Source: an uncultured virus (IMG/VR IMGVR_UViG_2799112289_000001)
Lineage: Duplodnaviria; Heunggongvirae; Uroviricota; Caudoviricetes
Virus record (IMG/VR): IMGVR_UViG_2799112289_000001
Length of the DNA stretch: 64,000 nucleotides
Direction: 5' to 3' (one strand)
The position numbers and the translations under genes were made by a program. Below, one piece after another: positions 8,964-17,924 of the stretch; the stretch's first letter is position 1, and the number at the start of each line of letters is the position of its first letter. The notes beneath the pieces were generated by a model. The model made no database searches. It saw only the letters and a list, made by a program, of their open reading frames with translations, and had not been told where the DNA came from.

Positions 8964-9320
8964 TAGTCTCGGTATTCCTTCCTGCCGAGCCGCATGGCCA
9001 GCATGAGCGCAGCACCGGTGCTGGGCGGCCCAGTCCCGCTCGTGCTCTGGTGATGGCTCGCCCCGTTCCCCCGCGCTGTGCGCAATTGCGCCGCGCCAAC
9101 TCGCGCCGGGCTGGCGGACCTTCTCTGCCCGGCGCCCTTTCTTTTCCGCGATGCGGCGCCGATTGGCGCGCGCGCGGCATTTTCCTGCATCATTTGAAAT
9201 GGTTGCCTCGGTCATGTGGTCCGCCGTTGATCTGTTGACCAAGACTTAGCCCACGCCTGCGCGGCGTTCACCGAATCATTTTCCGAAATTGTTTCCTTGA
9301 TTTTTCGAGGGGGATTTGTC

Positions 9321-9815
9321 GTGCCGAAATTTCTGAGTGAAGAAGACAAGCAGTTGAAGGGGATGACGGACGCGGCGCTGCAATTGGGCGGCGGTTTTCG
9401 TTCCTTTGCATTGCTGACGCGGGTCGGACCATCGACGCTTTCGAAGTACGCTTCGACCGGTGAAGACAATCACGATTCCTTCATACCGATCGACATCGCG
9501 GTGGCGGCGGATAAGCGCGCCGGCAGCCCGGTCATCATCGGTGAAGCGGCGCGGCAACTCGGCTTCAACCTAGTGCCTTCGGGCGAACAGCCATCTCGTC
9601 GCGCGGTCGACAATCAGTTCGCAACCGAGATGATGGCGGAAACGACCGAGGCGTGGCGCACGCTGGTCGATGCCCTGCGCGACGGCAAGATCGATGCGCT
9701 GGAGCGCAAGCAGATCCTCAAGGAAATGTACGAGGCCAAACGCATCATCGAGCAGGGCATTGCCGGGCTCGAGGATGGCAACAGCCCTCGAATCTCGCTG
9801 GTCGGGGAGCCCTAA
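9321..9815 (+). CDS. CII-like phage regulatory protein
   Basis: HTH (RVGPSTLSKY), PIDIA..D, DGKIDALER; position after cro. Confidence 0.7.
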   Translation: MPKFLSEEDKQLKGMTDAALQLGGGFRSFALLTRVGPSTLSKYASTGEDNHDSFIPIDIAVAADKRAGSPVIIGEAARQLGFNLVPSGEQPSRRAVDNQFATEMMAETTEAWRTLVDALRDGKIDALERKQILKEMYEAKRIIEQGIAGLEDGNSPRISLVGEP

Positions 9816-9820
9816 CTGGC

Positions 9821-10018
9821 ATGACCGTCCGGGCTTCCTCAACCTCGGTCAAAGCCATGACCACGTTCGATCGGCTCCCGCCGTCGCTACGCCGAGCCAT
9901 CGCGTTCGCTGATTTTCCGTTTGATCCGCGCTGGGTCGAAAAATGGGTTGGGCGGGGCGTGCCACCGGAGCGGATCGCCAAGCAAATCGAGCGGCCCGGC
10001 GGGAAGGTGGCGACATGA
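9821..10018 (+). CDS. Phage hypothetical protein
   Basis: FDRLPPSLRRAI; ATGA overlap with next gene. Confidence 0.6.
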   Translation: MTVRASSTSVKAMTTFDRLPPSLRRAIAFADFPFDPRWVEKWVGRGVPPERIAKQIERPGGKVAT

Positions 10019-11208
10019 GCGCGCCCGCACGCCTCCCGCATCATCCGCTTGCCGGCCTGTTTCCTATGCTGTCGGACGCGGAGCTTGCCGAACTGGGCGA
10101 GGATATCGCCACGCACGGGCAGGAGCAGCCTGTCTGGCTGCTCGACGGTAGGATTCTCGACGGTCGCAACCGCGACGAGGCCTGCCATCGGCTTGGGATC
10201 GACGCCTGGACGCAGGATTATGCTGGCGACGATCCCCTCGGTTTCGTGGTCTCGCTCAATCTGCGCCGGCGCCATCTCAACGAGGCGCAACGCGCCATGG
10301 TCGCGGCCAAGATCGTCGATTGGGTCAACGGCATGAACCAGACCACCGGGGGTGCACATGTGCCCGCCCGCGAAGCCGGCCGCATGCTGTCGATCTCCGA
10401 ACGCGCGGTGAAGGCGATGCGGCGGGTGCGCGAGCATGGCGCCGGCGAACTGATCGCGGCGATGGAAGAGGGCCGCATCTCTATCAAGGCTGGCGAGTCG
10501 ATCAGCCATCTGGAGCGCGAGGCGCAGGCCGAAGTGCTGCGCGCCGAGGAAAAGGCCGTCATCGCCAAGGCCAAGGAAATCCGCCAGCAGCGACAGATGC
10601 ATCGGCACAATATCCGCCTGGTGCATATGGCGCATGTTACGACCTCAGGCGCGGCAACGGCGGGCGCCGTGGTGCACAAATTCCCAATCATCTATGCCGA
10701 TCCGCCGTGGCAATTCGGCGTGCGATCGGAAGTCACGGGCCGCGAAAAGAGCGCGGAAAATCATTATCCGACCATGCCGACGGCTGACATCTGTGCGCTG
10801 TGGGACAAGATCGGCGCGCCGGCCAAGAAGGACGCCGTGTTGTTCCTTTGGGCGACGAACCCGATGCTGCCGGACGCGCTCGCCGTCATGGAAGCCTGGG
10901 GCTTCCGCTATGTGCACCACTGGATCTGGGACAAGGAAATCGCCGGAACCGGCTATTGGGGCCGCGACCGGCACGAGCTGCTGCTGATCGGCCGACGTGG
11001 CGACCCGGCGTCGCCATTGCCTGGGTCGCAGCCGGAGACAGTGCATCGCGAGGCCAAGGGCCGGCATTCGGCCAAGCCGGATTTCTATGCCGAAACGATC
11101 GAGCGGCTCTACCCCGACATGCCAAGACTGGAAATGTTCTGCCGCTCGCCAAGACCTGGCTGGACTGCGTGGGGCTTTGAAGCTGCACCGGAAAGCGAGG
11201 TCGCATGA
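10015..11208 (+). CDS. ParB-like domain fused to MT-A70 family adenine methyltransferase
   Basis: ILDGRNR..SLNLRRRHL (ParB-like); IYADPPW, LFLWAT, HELLLIG, HSAKP, LEMFCR (MT-A70). Confidence 0.88.
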   Translation: MSAPARLPHHPLAGLFPMLSDAELAELGEDIATHGQEQPVWLLDGRILDGRNRDEACHRLGIDAWTQDYAGDDPLGFVVSLNLRRRHLNEAQRAMVAAKIVDWVNGMNQTTGGAHVPAREAGRMLSISERAVKAMRRVREHGAGELIAAMEEGRISIKAGESISHLEREAQAEVLRAEEKAVIAKAKEIRQQRQMHRHNIRLVHMAHVTTSGAATAGAVVHKFPIIYADPPWQFGVRSEVTGREKSAENHYPTMPTADICALWDKIGAPAKKDAVLFLWATNPMLPDALAVMEAWGFRYVHHWIWDKEIAGTGYWGRDRHELLLIGRRGDPASPLPGSQPETVHREAKGRHSAKPDFYAETIERLYPDMPRLEMFCRSPRPGWTAWGFEAAPESEVA

Positions 11209-11678
11209 TCACCTATACGTCTGTCTCGCCGTTGATCCCAGAGTGGAAGGTCCAGGCAGATCGGTTCATGGAATGCATGTTCGCCGAACGCGCCTTGCCA
11301 GATGACCGCGCACCATTGACGGGCAATGAAGACGCCATTTTTGCGATCCGTTCGGACCATGGAGCGGCCGGCTCTCGCGGAACCACAATTCAGCCGGTCG
11401 GCATGGCAGTCTGTTATCAGCCGGAAGGTTGGGACGGTTATTGGCTGGACTTGCTGTATGTGGACCCCGCTTATCGCCGGCAGGGCATCGGGCGAGAGCT
11501 AATCGAAGCCACGGTCCGCAAGGCAACGACGTTGGGATTGCCCTTCGTAGAATTGGGTGTGCTGGCAAAGAACCAGCGCATGTGGACTTTGGCCCACGCA
11601 GCGCTGTTTAGCGACAGTGTCGTCTATCTGAAACGCATCATTGCTCCGGCCGGCAAAGATAGGGCCGGTGCAGAATGA
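11205..11678 (+). CDS. GNAT acetyltransferase
   Basis: LYVDPAYRRQGIGRELI acetyl-CoA motif. Confidence 0.85.
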   Translation: MITYTSVSPLIPEWKVQADRFMECMFAERALPDDRAPLTGNEDAIFAIRSDHGAAGSRGTTIQPVGMAVCYQPEGWDGYWLDLLYVDPAYRRQGIGRELIEATVRKATTLGLPFVELGVLAKNQRMWTLAHAALFSDSVVYLKRIIAPAGKDRAGAE

Positions 11679-11965
11679 AGCCCGATTTCTCTCCCGCCAT
11701 GCTCAGAGATTTCCTGCATCTCCGCGTCAAAGCGATGGTGCTGATCGATTATCCCTCCGTCGGCAAGTCCGGTGAGAAGGCCGCGAGAGCTGCGTTGCGC
11801 AAGCGTTCCGGACTGACGCGGGATCAATTCGACCTGGCATGGTCGGGCCGGCTGAAAGAGGGCAGGGCGCGGGCGAAGATCTGGGCGGCACTTTGGGTCG
11901 ATCCGGCTGATTTCGGCCTGCTCTTGACCGACGACGGCGGACAGGAGGCGCGCGATGCAGCCTGA
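11675..11965 (+). CDS. Phage hypothetical protein
   Basis: Coupled ORF. Confidence 0.65.
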   Translation: MKPDFSPAMLRDFLHLRVKAMVLIDYPSVGKSGEKAARAALRKRSGLTRDQFDLAWSGRLKEGRARAKIWAALWVDPADFGLLLTDDGGQEARDAA

Positions 11966-12260
11966 TTTCGACCGCGCCCGATTTGCCGAGGATGTTGAGA
12001 CTTGGCGGCGCAAGTGTGGCTTGAGCTATCGAGCCGCCGGCGCGCTTCATCCCTGCCTCAATCTGGCGATGATCTCCCGGGCCTGCAATCAGCGCGTCCT
12101 TTCCGTGCCAAGCATGCTGCTCATCTGCCACGTTTTCGGGCTCGATCCTCTGCGCTACCTTCTCGCGCCGGTCTCGGAGCCATTCCAGCGAAATCAAGCT
12201 GTTACAGCGATTGAGTCCCGTGAAACACCGGGCGAGATAGGCGGTCGGCCATGGGCGTGA
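11955..12260 (+). CDS. XRE-like HTH protein
   Basis: GLSYRAAG..AMISRA..ICHVFGLDP. Confidence 0.6.
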   Translation: MQPDFDRARFAEDVETWRRKCGLSYRAAGALHPCLNLAMISRACNQRVLSVPSMLLICHVFGLDPLRYLLAPVSEPFQRNQAVTAIESRETPGEIGGRPWA

Positions 12261-12442
12261 CGATCGAAAGCGGCTTATGGTGGCTGCCTCTCCTCCTGAC
12301 GGCACTCGTCTTTCTGCTGGCGCTCGCCAATCTCGGTCCGGCTGACGGCACTTTCTCGCCGTTTCGCAATGGCGCGCTGTTCCTCTCTGCCTCGATCGCA
12401 TCCGTCGCGGTCTGGCTCATGTGGGCGATGGTGCTCAGATGA
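12251..12442 (+). CDS. Small two-TM protein
   Basis: Two hydrophobic helices. Confidence 0.55.
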   Translation: MGVTIESGLWWLPLLLTALVFLLALANLGPADGTFSPFRNGALFLSASIASVAVWLMWAMVLR

Positions 12443-12729
12443 CCGACATGCTGCCGATCGTCGAAGAGCTGTACGATTATCGCACTCACTCCGAGCGCGG
12501 CCTTTGGCTGAAACGCTGCTCTGACGGCGTCATTCATCGCGAACACATGGCGATCCGCCGGATCCTGCAATCGGCCGGCCTGCTTGCCGGCATTGCCTAT
12601 CTCGAAGCGCGCCTAGCCGCCGTCAATGCCGTGCGCCTGCCCGACGGCAGCCTGCCGCAGACCGTCGTCATGTCGGTGAACATGGCGCTCATCGATCTCA
12701 CCATTGCGACAAGACAAGAGGGGAACTGA
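12439..12729 (+). CDS. Phage hypothetical protein
   Basis: ATGA-coupled ORF. Confidence 0.6.
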   Translation: MTDMLPIVEELYDYRTHSERGLWLKRCSDGVIHREHMAIRRILQSAGLLAGIAYLEARLAAVNAVRLPDGSLPQTVVMSVNMALIDLTIATRQEGN

Positions 12730-14820
12730 ATGCTGGATTCCGTTGATGCGAAGATCGTCGACCTATTCGGGCATCAGGAAGTCGAAGAGGATCGAGCGTG
12801 GAAACCGCTCGGCTCGTCCGGCTTCGTTCGCGGCGCAAAGGTCCCGCCGATCGTCGTGCCGCCGGCGAAGACCGGGCCGCGAAAATTCCGCGTCGTCGAT
12901 TCCTTCGCCGGGTTCGGCGGGGCGAGCGAAGCTATCAAGCAAGCGCTGGAGCGTCTCGCCGCCGCAGGGCTCTTGCCGGAAGGGCATAGCCACGACGTCG
13001 ATTGGGCGGTCAATCATGACGAACTCGCGCTTATCATGCATGCTGCCAATCATCCGAACACGATCCACCTTCCGCACAATGTCTGGAAGGTATCAATGCG
13101 CGAACTGCTCGGCGATGACTTCTTCGGCTTGCTTTGGCTGTCCCCCGACTGCCGCGATCACTCCCCAGCCAAGGGCAAGCCGATCACGTCGCGCTCGGTG
13201 CGCGACCTAGCGTGGGTGTTGATCCGTTGGCTGAAGGAACTGCCGGATTGGCAGCGGCCCCATACGATCTTCCTCGAAAATGTGCCGGCGTTTACGAAAT
13301 GGTCGCCGCTCATCCCCACCGGCAATGGGGAATACATCCGCGACAAAAGCAGGGAAGGCGAGATTTTTCATCGCTTTGTGATGGCGGTCGCCAAGTTCGG
13401 CTATTCGGTGGGATGGCAGGAATTGGAGGCCTGCGACTATGGAACGCCGACGATCCGAAAGCGGCTGAAAATGGTCTTCCGCCGGGATGGCGCGCCGATC
13501 GTCTGGCCAAAGCCGACACACGGCGATCCGAAATCCGAGGCGGTGAAGAAGGGCGAGCTGAAATCATGGCCCGTAGCGGCAGATATTATCGACTTCGATC
13601 TGCCATGTCCTTCGATCCTGATGACGAAGGAAGAGGCGCGCGCATATACCGAGGCGACCGGAATCCGCATTATCAGGCCGCTCGCCTCGAACTCCGAGAA
13701 ACGGATCGCCAAGGGCGTCCGACGCTATGTCGTCGACGAGTCTGATCCCTTCGTCGCTAACCTCAATCATGGCATGGCTTCTACGATGCTCGTGCCATTC
13801 TGCAGCTATGGTCAGCACGGCGGCCGCTCGCGCTCGATCCTCGATCCGCATCATACGGTGAAGGCCTCCGCCAAGGATCAGAACCAGGTCGTGGCGGCGG
13901 CAATTGCACCATTCATCGCGCAGAACAATGGCGACCGGAAGCCGAGCGGGATCGATTATCACAGGGCAGGGCGGCCGATCGGCCTTCCGCTTGGTGCGGC
14001 GACCACGCAATCGGCCCAATCGCTTGCTGCGGTCTATCTGGCGCAGCATAATGGCGGCCCTCGCGGGCCAATTGGTCGAAGCGTAGCGGAGCCGTATCCG
14101 ACCGCGCTGCGTGCCGGATCGCAACAGGCTGTTATTGCCGCCACCTTCATTAAGCGCGAATTCGGGGCGTCCGTTGGGTCGTCGATGCAAGCACCGGTCG
14201 GCGCGGTGACCGCCGGCGGCGGCGGCAAGACACAGCTGATGGCGGCTCATATGCTGTCGCTGAAAGGCAGCGCACGCAGGGCCGGGTCCTGCGCCGACCC
14301 GCATGTCGCAGTCTGTGCATCCGGCCAGCATTCGGCTGTCGTCACGCTTCCTCTGATGACGGCGTACTATTCGACCGGCGGCCAGCACGCGGCCATTGAC
14401 GATCCCATGCTCGCCGTGCCGACCAAGGCTCGTTTCGGGCTGACGGAAGCAAGCGCGGTTGCTCCACCAATCACGGAGGGAATGCTGGATAGGGCGCGCC
14501 GCGTCGCCGATTTCCTGCGCAAATATGATTGCTGGGACGACCGCGAATTCGTCATCGTGATGGTCCAAGGCGTGGAACACATCATCATCGATATCGGCAT
14601 GCGTATGTTGACCCCGCGCGAACTCGCCCGTGCGCAGGGGTTCCCCGATACCTACAAGTTGGCTGTGCCATATGAAGGTGGCGTGATTTCCGAGACAAAG
14701 CAGCGCCACGGGATCGGCAACTCGGTCTGCTGGCAGCCTGCCGCGGCTGTCATCTTCGAAAATCATCGGCCGCCGCTGGATGCAGGCGGAGAGGTTCAGT
14801 TCATGGAGGCGGCGGAGTGA
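12730..14820 (+). CDS. Orphan C5 DNA cytosine methyltransferase
   Basis: FAGFGG (I), SPDC (IV), LENV (VI), RKR (VIII), RMLTPRELARAQGFP (IX), IGNSV (X). Confidence 0.9.
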   Translation: MLDSVDAKIVDLFGHQEVEEDRAWKPLGSSGFVRGAKVPPIVVPPAKTGPRKFRVVDSFAGFGGASEAIKQALERLAAAGLLPEGHSHDVDWAVNHDELALIMHAANHPNTIHLPHNVWKVSMRELLGDDFFGLLWLSPDCRDHSPAKGKPITSRSVRDLAWVLIRWLKELPDWQRPHTIFLENVPAFTKWSPLIPTGNGEYIRDKSREGEIFHRFVMAVAKFGYSVGWQELEACDYGTPTIRKRLKMVFRRDGAPIVWPKPTHGDPKSEAVKKGELKSWPVAADIIDFDLPCPSILMTKEEARAYTEATGIRIIRPLASNSEKRIAKGVRRYVVDESDPFVANLNHGMASTMLVPFCSYGQHGGRSRSILDPHHTVKASAKDQNQVVAAAIAPFIAQNNGDRKPSGIDYHRAGRPIGLPLGAATTQSAQSLAAVYLAQHNGGPRGPIGRSVAEPYPTALRAGSQQAVIAATFIKREFGASVGSSMQAPVGAVTAGGGGKTQLMAAHMLSLKGSARRAGSCADPHVAVCASGQHSAVVTLPLMTAYYSTGGQHAAIDDPMLAVPTKARFGLTEASAVAPPITEGMLDRARRVADFLRKYDCWDDREFVIVMVQGVEHIIIDIGMRMLTPRELARAQGFPDTYKLAVPYEGGVISETKQRHGIGNSVCWQPAAAVIFENHRPPLDAGGEVQFMEAAE

Positions 14821-14854
14821 TTAAATCGCTTTCTCTTCCCATTGTGGGGCCGCT

Positions 14855-16213
14855 ATGAGCCACGACGCCACCAATTGGGCCATCAAGCAGCGCGGCATCA
14901 AGCCAGCGCTCAAGATCGTGCTGTGGAACCTCTGCGACCGCTATCATCCTGATAACGGCTGTTTCCCGTCGCAGGACACGCTTGCGGCCGACTGCGAGGT
15001 GTCGCGATCGTCGCTCAACACCTATCTCGACGAGCTGGAAGAGCGTGGCCTAATCGCCCGCGAGCAGCGCCGGGAGCGGGGATCGAACCGGCAGGAACGG
15101 ACGCGCTATCGGTTTCCGTTCGAACCTGATTTTACTGCCAAAGTACCGGAAAACCCGAGTCCAGAAGTTGGACACGGCTCCGGCGAGGCCGTGTCCGAAA
15201 ATCAGGGCGAGCCGAGTCCAGAAAATGAGGAAAGCCGAGTCCAGAATCTGGACAGTAACCTTGTAAGGGAACCAGTAAAAGAACCCGTAAATGAGAGAGA
15301 GGCGCGCGAGCGCGGTGCTTATGGTTTGGAAAGATCGCCAAACATTCACGTGGTGAATGCCGATCTGATCAAGCGGGTGCAGAAGTTCTGCACCGGCGAC
15401 GGCTACCGCGAGGGCGAATGGCCGAAATGGGCGAGATCCACCATCGGCCACATCGCCAAGCAGTTCGCCGAACTGGCGCTCGATGAACGAGAGGCGGCTT
15501 GCGAGTGGCGCGACGCCTTCCTGGCGAAGTGCAAACGGGACCGGATCACGCAACCTATGCCCGTCGCAAACTATTTCCGCGACAAGGTCTGGCAAATGCT
15601 GACTGACGCCGACAAGGCGGTCGTGAGGCCGGTTGCGGGCGGCGCGCCGGCCATCTCAGGCGGAAAGGTCGTGGTTCCCGTCTTCGGGCCAGCTTTTGCA
15701 GCAGCTAGGGCTTTCGCTCTGTTACGAGGGCCATTGTATTTCGATCTTCCCGACGATCTGCGCGAAAAGGTTCGGGCCTCATACGAGGTCTACGCGAGAG
15801 CATCGTCCACATCGGCGCTGAACTATCGTCAGAAGCTCGGCCTCTTGCTGGACGGCGAGGGCGGGCTCGTTTTCCCGGATGACTTTGAGGCGCGGGAATG
15901 GGAGCGCCGAAAGATCGACGAAGGTTTTCCGGAAGTCGTGCGGCTGCATGCGGCTGCGAAGGACCGCAACCACGTCACTGTTGAGCCTATCTTCGAGCGG
16001 CTGAAGGATCTCTGTGAGGCGGTACCGATCGGCTCCGACATGTGGGATCGGTGGCGCGCATATCACGAGGAGCAAGGCTGGCCATTCGTGCCGACGCCGA
16101 CTGCGATGAAGGTCGTGTTTTTCCCGAAGGGTGGGCCGGACGGTCTTCAAGAATTCGAAAGTGCCGCACGCGCGGCGATCAGCAAGGAGCGGAGCGATGA
16201 CCATGCAGCTTAG
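14855..16213 (+). CDS. Replication initiator with N-terminal winged HTH
   Basis: CFPSQDTLAADCEVSRSSLNTYLDELEERGLI. Confidence 0.75.
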   Translation: MSHDATNWAIKQRGIKPALKIVLWNLCDRYHPDNGCFPSQDTLAADCEVSRSSLNTYLDELEERGLIAREQRRERGSNRQERTRYRFPFEPDFTAKVPENPSPEVGHGSGEAVSENQGEPSPENEESRVQNLDSNLVREPVKEPVNEREARERGAYGLERSPNIHVVNADLIKRVQKFCTGDGYREGEWPKWARSTIGHIAKQFAELALDEREAACEWRDAFLAKCKRDRITQPMPVANYFRDKVWQMLTDADKAVVRPVAGGAPAISGGKVVVPVFGPAFAAARAFALLRGPLYFDLPDDLREKVRASYEVYARASSTSALNYRQKLGLLLDGEGGLVFPDDFEAREWERRKIDEGFPEVVRLHAAAKDRNHVTVEPIFERLKDLCEAVPIGSDMWDRWRAYHEEQGWPFVPTPTAMKVVFFPKGGPDGLQEFESAARAAISKERSDDHAA

Positions 16214-16868
16214 GGGCGGTCCTTTCAACGGCAAGGTCTCCGCAAAGGGCCTAGAACTGTTGGAGAAAATCGCCCGGGACGCGGATATCCGGGCGAGATG
16301 CGTATTCGATGCCAGCCGGCGAATCACTACGCAGAAGCCGAAAGAGGCACGTTGGATGGTGCTGCATGTCTGGCCCGGTCGCGAAGGAGCTGTGGAAAAG
16401 ATGCTCGATGAGCAAGATATCGAAGCGTGTACACCGGTATGTAAGGGCCCAAAAAGACGCCGGCATCACAAGGAGTTGCCGCCTTCGGAGAAGCCTGTTT
16501 TCATCGGCTATACATTCGTCCGCTGTGTCCCTTCCGAATATGCTCTGCAGGCTCTGCTTGGTTTCGAACATGTTCGCGGCATCGTGGGCGGCTGGGAAAG
16601 GCCGCTCAACGTTAGCGACGAAATCATAAACCATTTCAAAGATATGGCAGCCAAAGGCGCCTATGATTGGGATGCTCGTGTCGACGCAGGTTCGGCAGTA
16701 TTTCCGAAGGGCTGCCAGGTCATGGTGGAAGAAGGGCCATTCGCTAGGTTCGTGGGGACTGTGGTTGCCTTCGGCGGAACCGGAAAGGGTACCCCAGTTG
16801 TGGAGTTAGACATCTTCGGTCGTCAGACGCCGATGATGATCCCTCTTGCAATGCTCTCACGAGTGTGA
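16197..16868 (+). CDS. NusG-paralog antitermination protein
   Basis: NGN domain (WMVLHV..PVFIGYTFV) and KOW (VEEGPFARFVGTV..IFGRQTP); occupies the lambda Q position. Confidence 0.88.
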   Translation: MTMQLRGGPFNGKVSAKGLELLEKIARDADIRARCVFDASRRITTQKPKEARWMVLHVWPGREGAVEKMLDEQDIEACTPVCKGPKRRRHHKELPPSEKPVFIGYTFVRCVPSEYALQALLGFEHVRGIVGGWERPLNVSDEIINHFKDMAAKGAYDWDARVDAGSAVFPKGCQVMVEEGPFARFVGTVVAFGGTGKGTPVVELDIFGRQTPMMIPLAMLSRV

Positions 16869-16992
16869 CTACAAATCACGCCAATGGTTGATCCGGTTCT
16901 TAGTGACCTTCGCTCTCGCGCCCGGACCCCGCCCTAATGGCCTCAGAGACAGGCATCGATTCAGGGCCAGTGCTACAGCTATGTGTGACTAT

Positions 16993-17018
16993 GAGGCGGC
17001 CGAAAGGTCGCCTTTGTT
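16993..17018 (+). terminator. Intrinsic terminator in late leader
   Basis: GAGGCGGCC-GAAA-GGTCGCCTT followed by TGTT. Confidence 0.6.
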
Positions 17019-17030
17019 GCGTCTAGGGTT

Positions 17031-17345
17031 ATGGGCAAGCTTAAGACCATCTCGACGACGATCCGAACTGTCGACGCGCGATCGGTGAAGCCGCTCCCCA
17101 AGACTGCGGAAGCCTTCTATCTGTCGCCGGAATGGCGGGCGTTGATGAAACGGATCATCGCTAAGCGCGGCCGCCGCTGCGAAGAATGTGAGCGAACCGG
17201 AACGCGCATCTTTGGTGATCACATCATCGAACTGAAGGACGGCGGTGCGCCTCTCGATGAGGCCAACGTTATGTGCCGCTGCGGATCATGCCACACCAAG
17301 AAGACGGTGGTTGCGAGAGCGGCGCGGATGAGCGAGCGATACTGA
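17031..17345 (+). CDS. Packaging-associated HNH endonuclease (HK97 gp74-like)
   Basis: CEEC..DHIIEL..CGSCHTKKT, directly upstream of terS. Confidence 0.88.
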   Translation: MGKLKTISTTIRTVDARSVKPLPKTAEAFYLSPEWRALMKRIIAKRGRRCEECERTGTRIFGDHIIELKDGGAPLDEANVMCRCGSCHTKKTVVARAARMSERY

Positions 17346-17441
17346 TGTCAGCCCCCGAGGGCCTCAGGGGTAGGGGGTTTAAAACCCCAAGCCCGAACTA
17401 GGCCCCCAACCGCATTGGTCGCACGGACACAATTTTTTTCC
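17346..17441 (+). other. Probable cos packaging region
   Basis: Between HNH and terS; GGGGTAGGGGG run, GGGGTTTAAAACCCC inverted repeat, T-tract. Confidence 0.55.
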
Positions 17442-17924
17442 ATGGCTGACGATTTTGACCTCTTCGGGAACCCGATCGAGACCGGCAGGACTGAGCCGGG
17501 TAGGCCGGAGCATGTCCCCACTCAGGAAAACATCATATTTGTCATGGTGTTACTGGCAGCTGGATATCAGAACAAAGATATCGCCGAGACGCTTGGCATC
17601 TCGCAGCCAACTCTTCGGAAACATTATTTTCATTTGCTCAAGAAGCGAGACGTGATGCACGAGCGCCTACGCACGAAGCTGAGGGTCACCCAGATCCAGT
17701 CGGCGATCGCCGGTAACGCCGCGGCATTGAACGCGGCGCTTCGCACGCTCGATGCCGTCGACGTCGAGCGCTCGGCCAAGAAGATCAAGGCGCGCGAACT
17801 GCCTGCCAGGGCTGCGCCGGTTCAGAAGCTGGGCAAGAAGGAAGAGCAGCAACTCGCTGCGCAGAATATCACCGGCAAATTCGCGCCGCCGACCGGTCCA
17901 ACTCTTGTGGTGAATAACCAATGA
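17442..17924 (+). CDS. terS: Terminase small subunit
   Basis: HTH IAETLGISQPTLRKHY; overlaps terL. Confidence 0.8.
   Translation: MADDFDLFGNPIETGRTEPGRPEHVPTQENIIFVMVLLAAGYQNKDIAETLGISQPTLRKHYFHLLKKRDVMHERLRTKLRVTQIQSAIAGNAAALNAALRTLDAVDVERSAKKIKARELPARAAPVQKLGKKEEQQLAAQNITGKFAPPTGPTLVVNNQ

Noticed and set aside
17031..17345. HNH as a defence or homing nuclease
   Set aside because: Size and position before terS fit the ordinary packaging HNH
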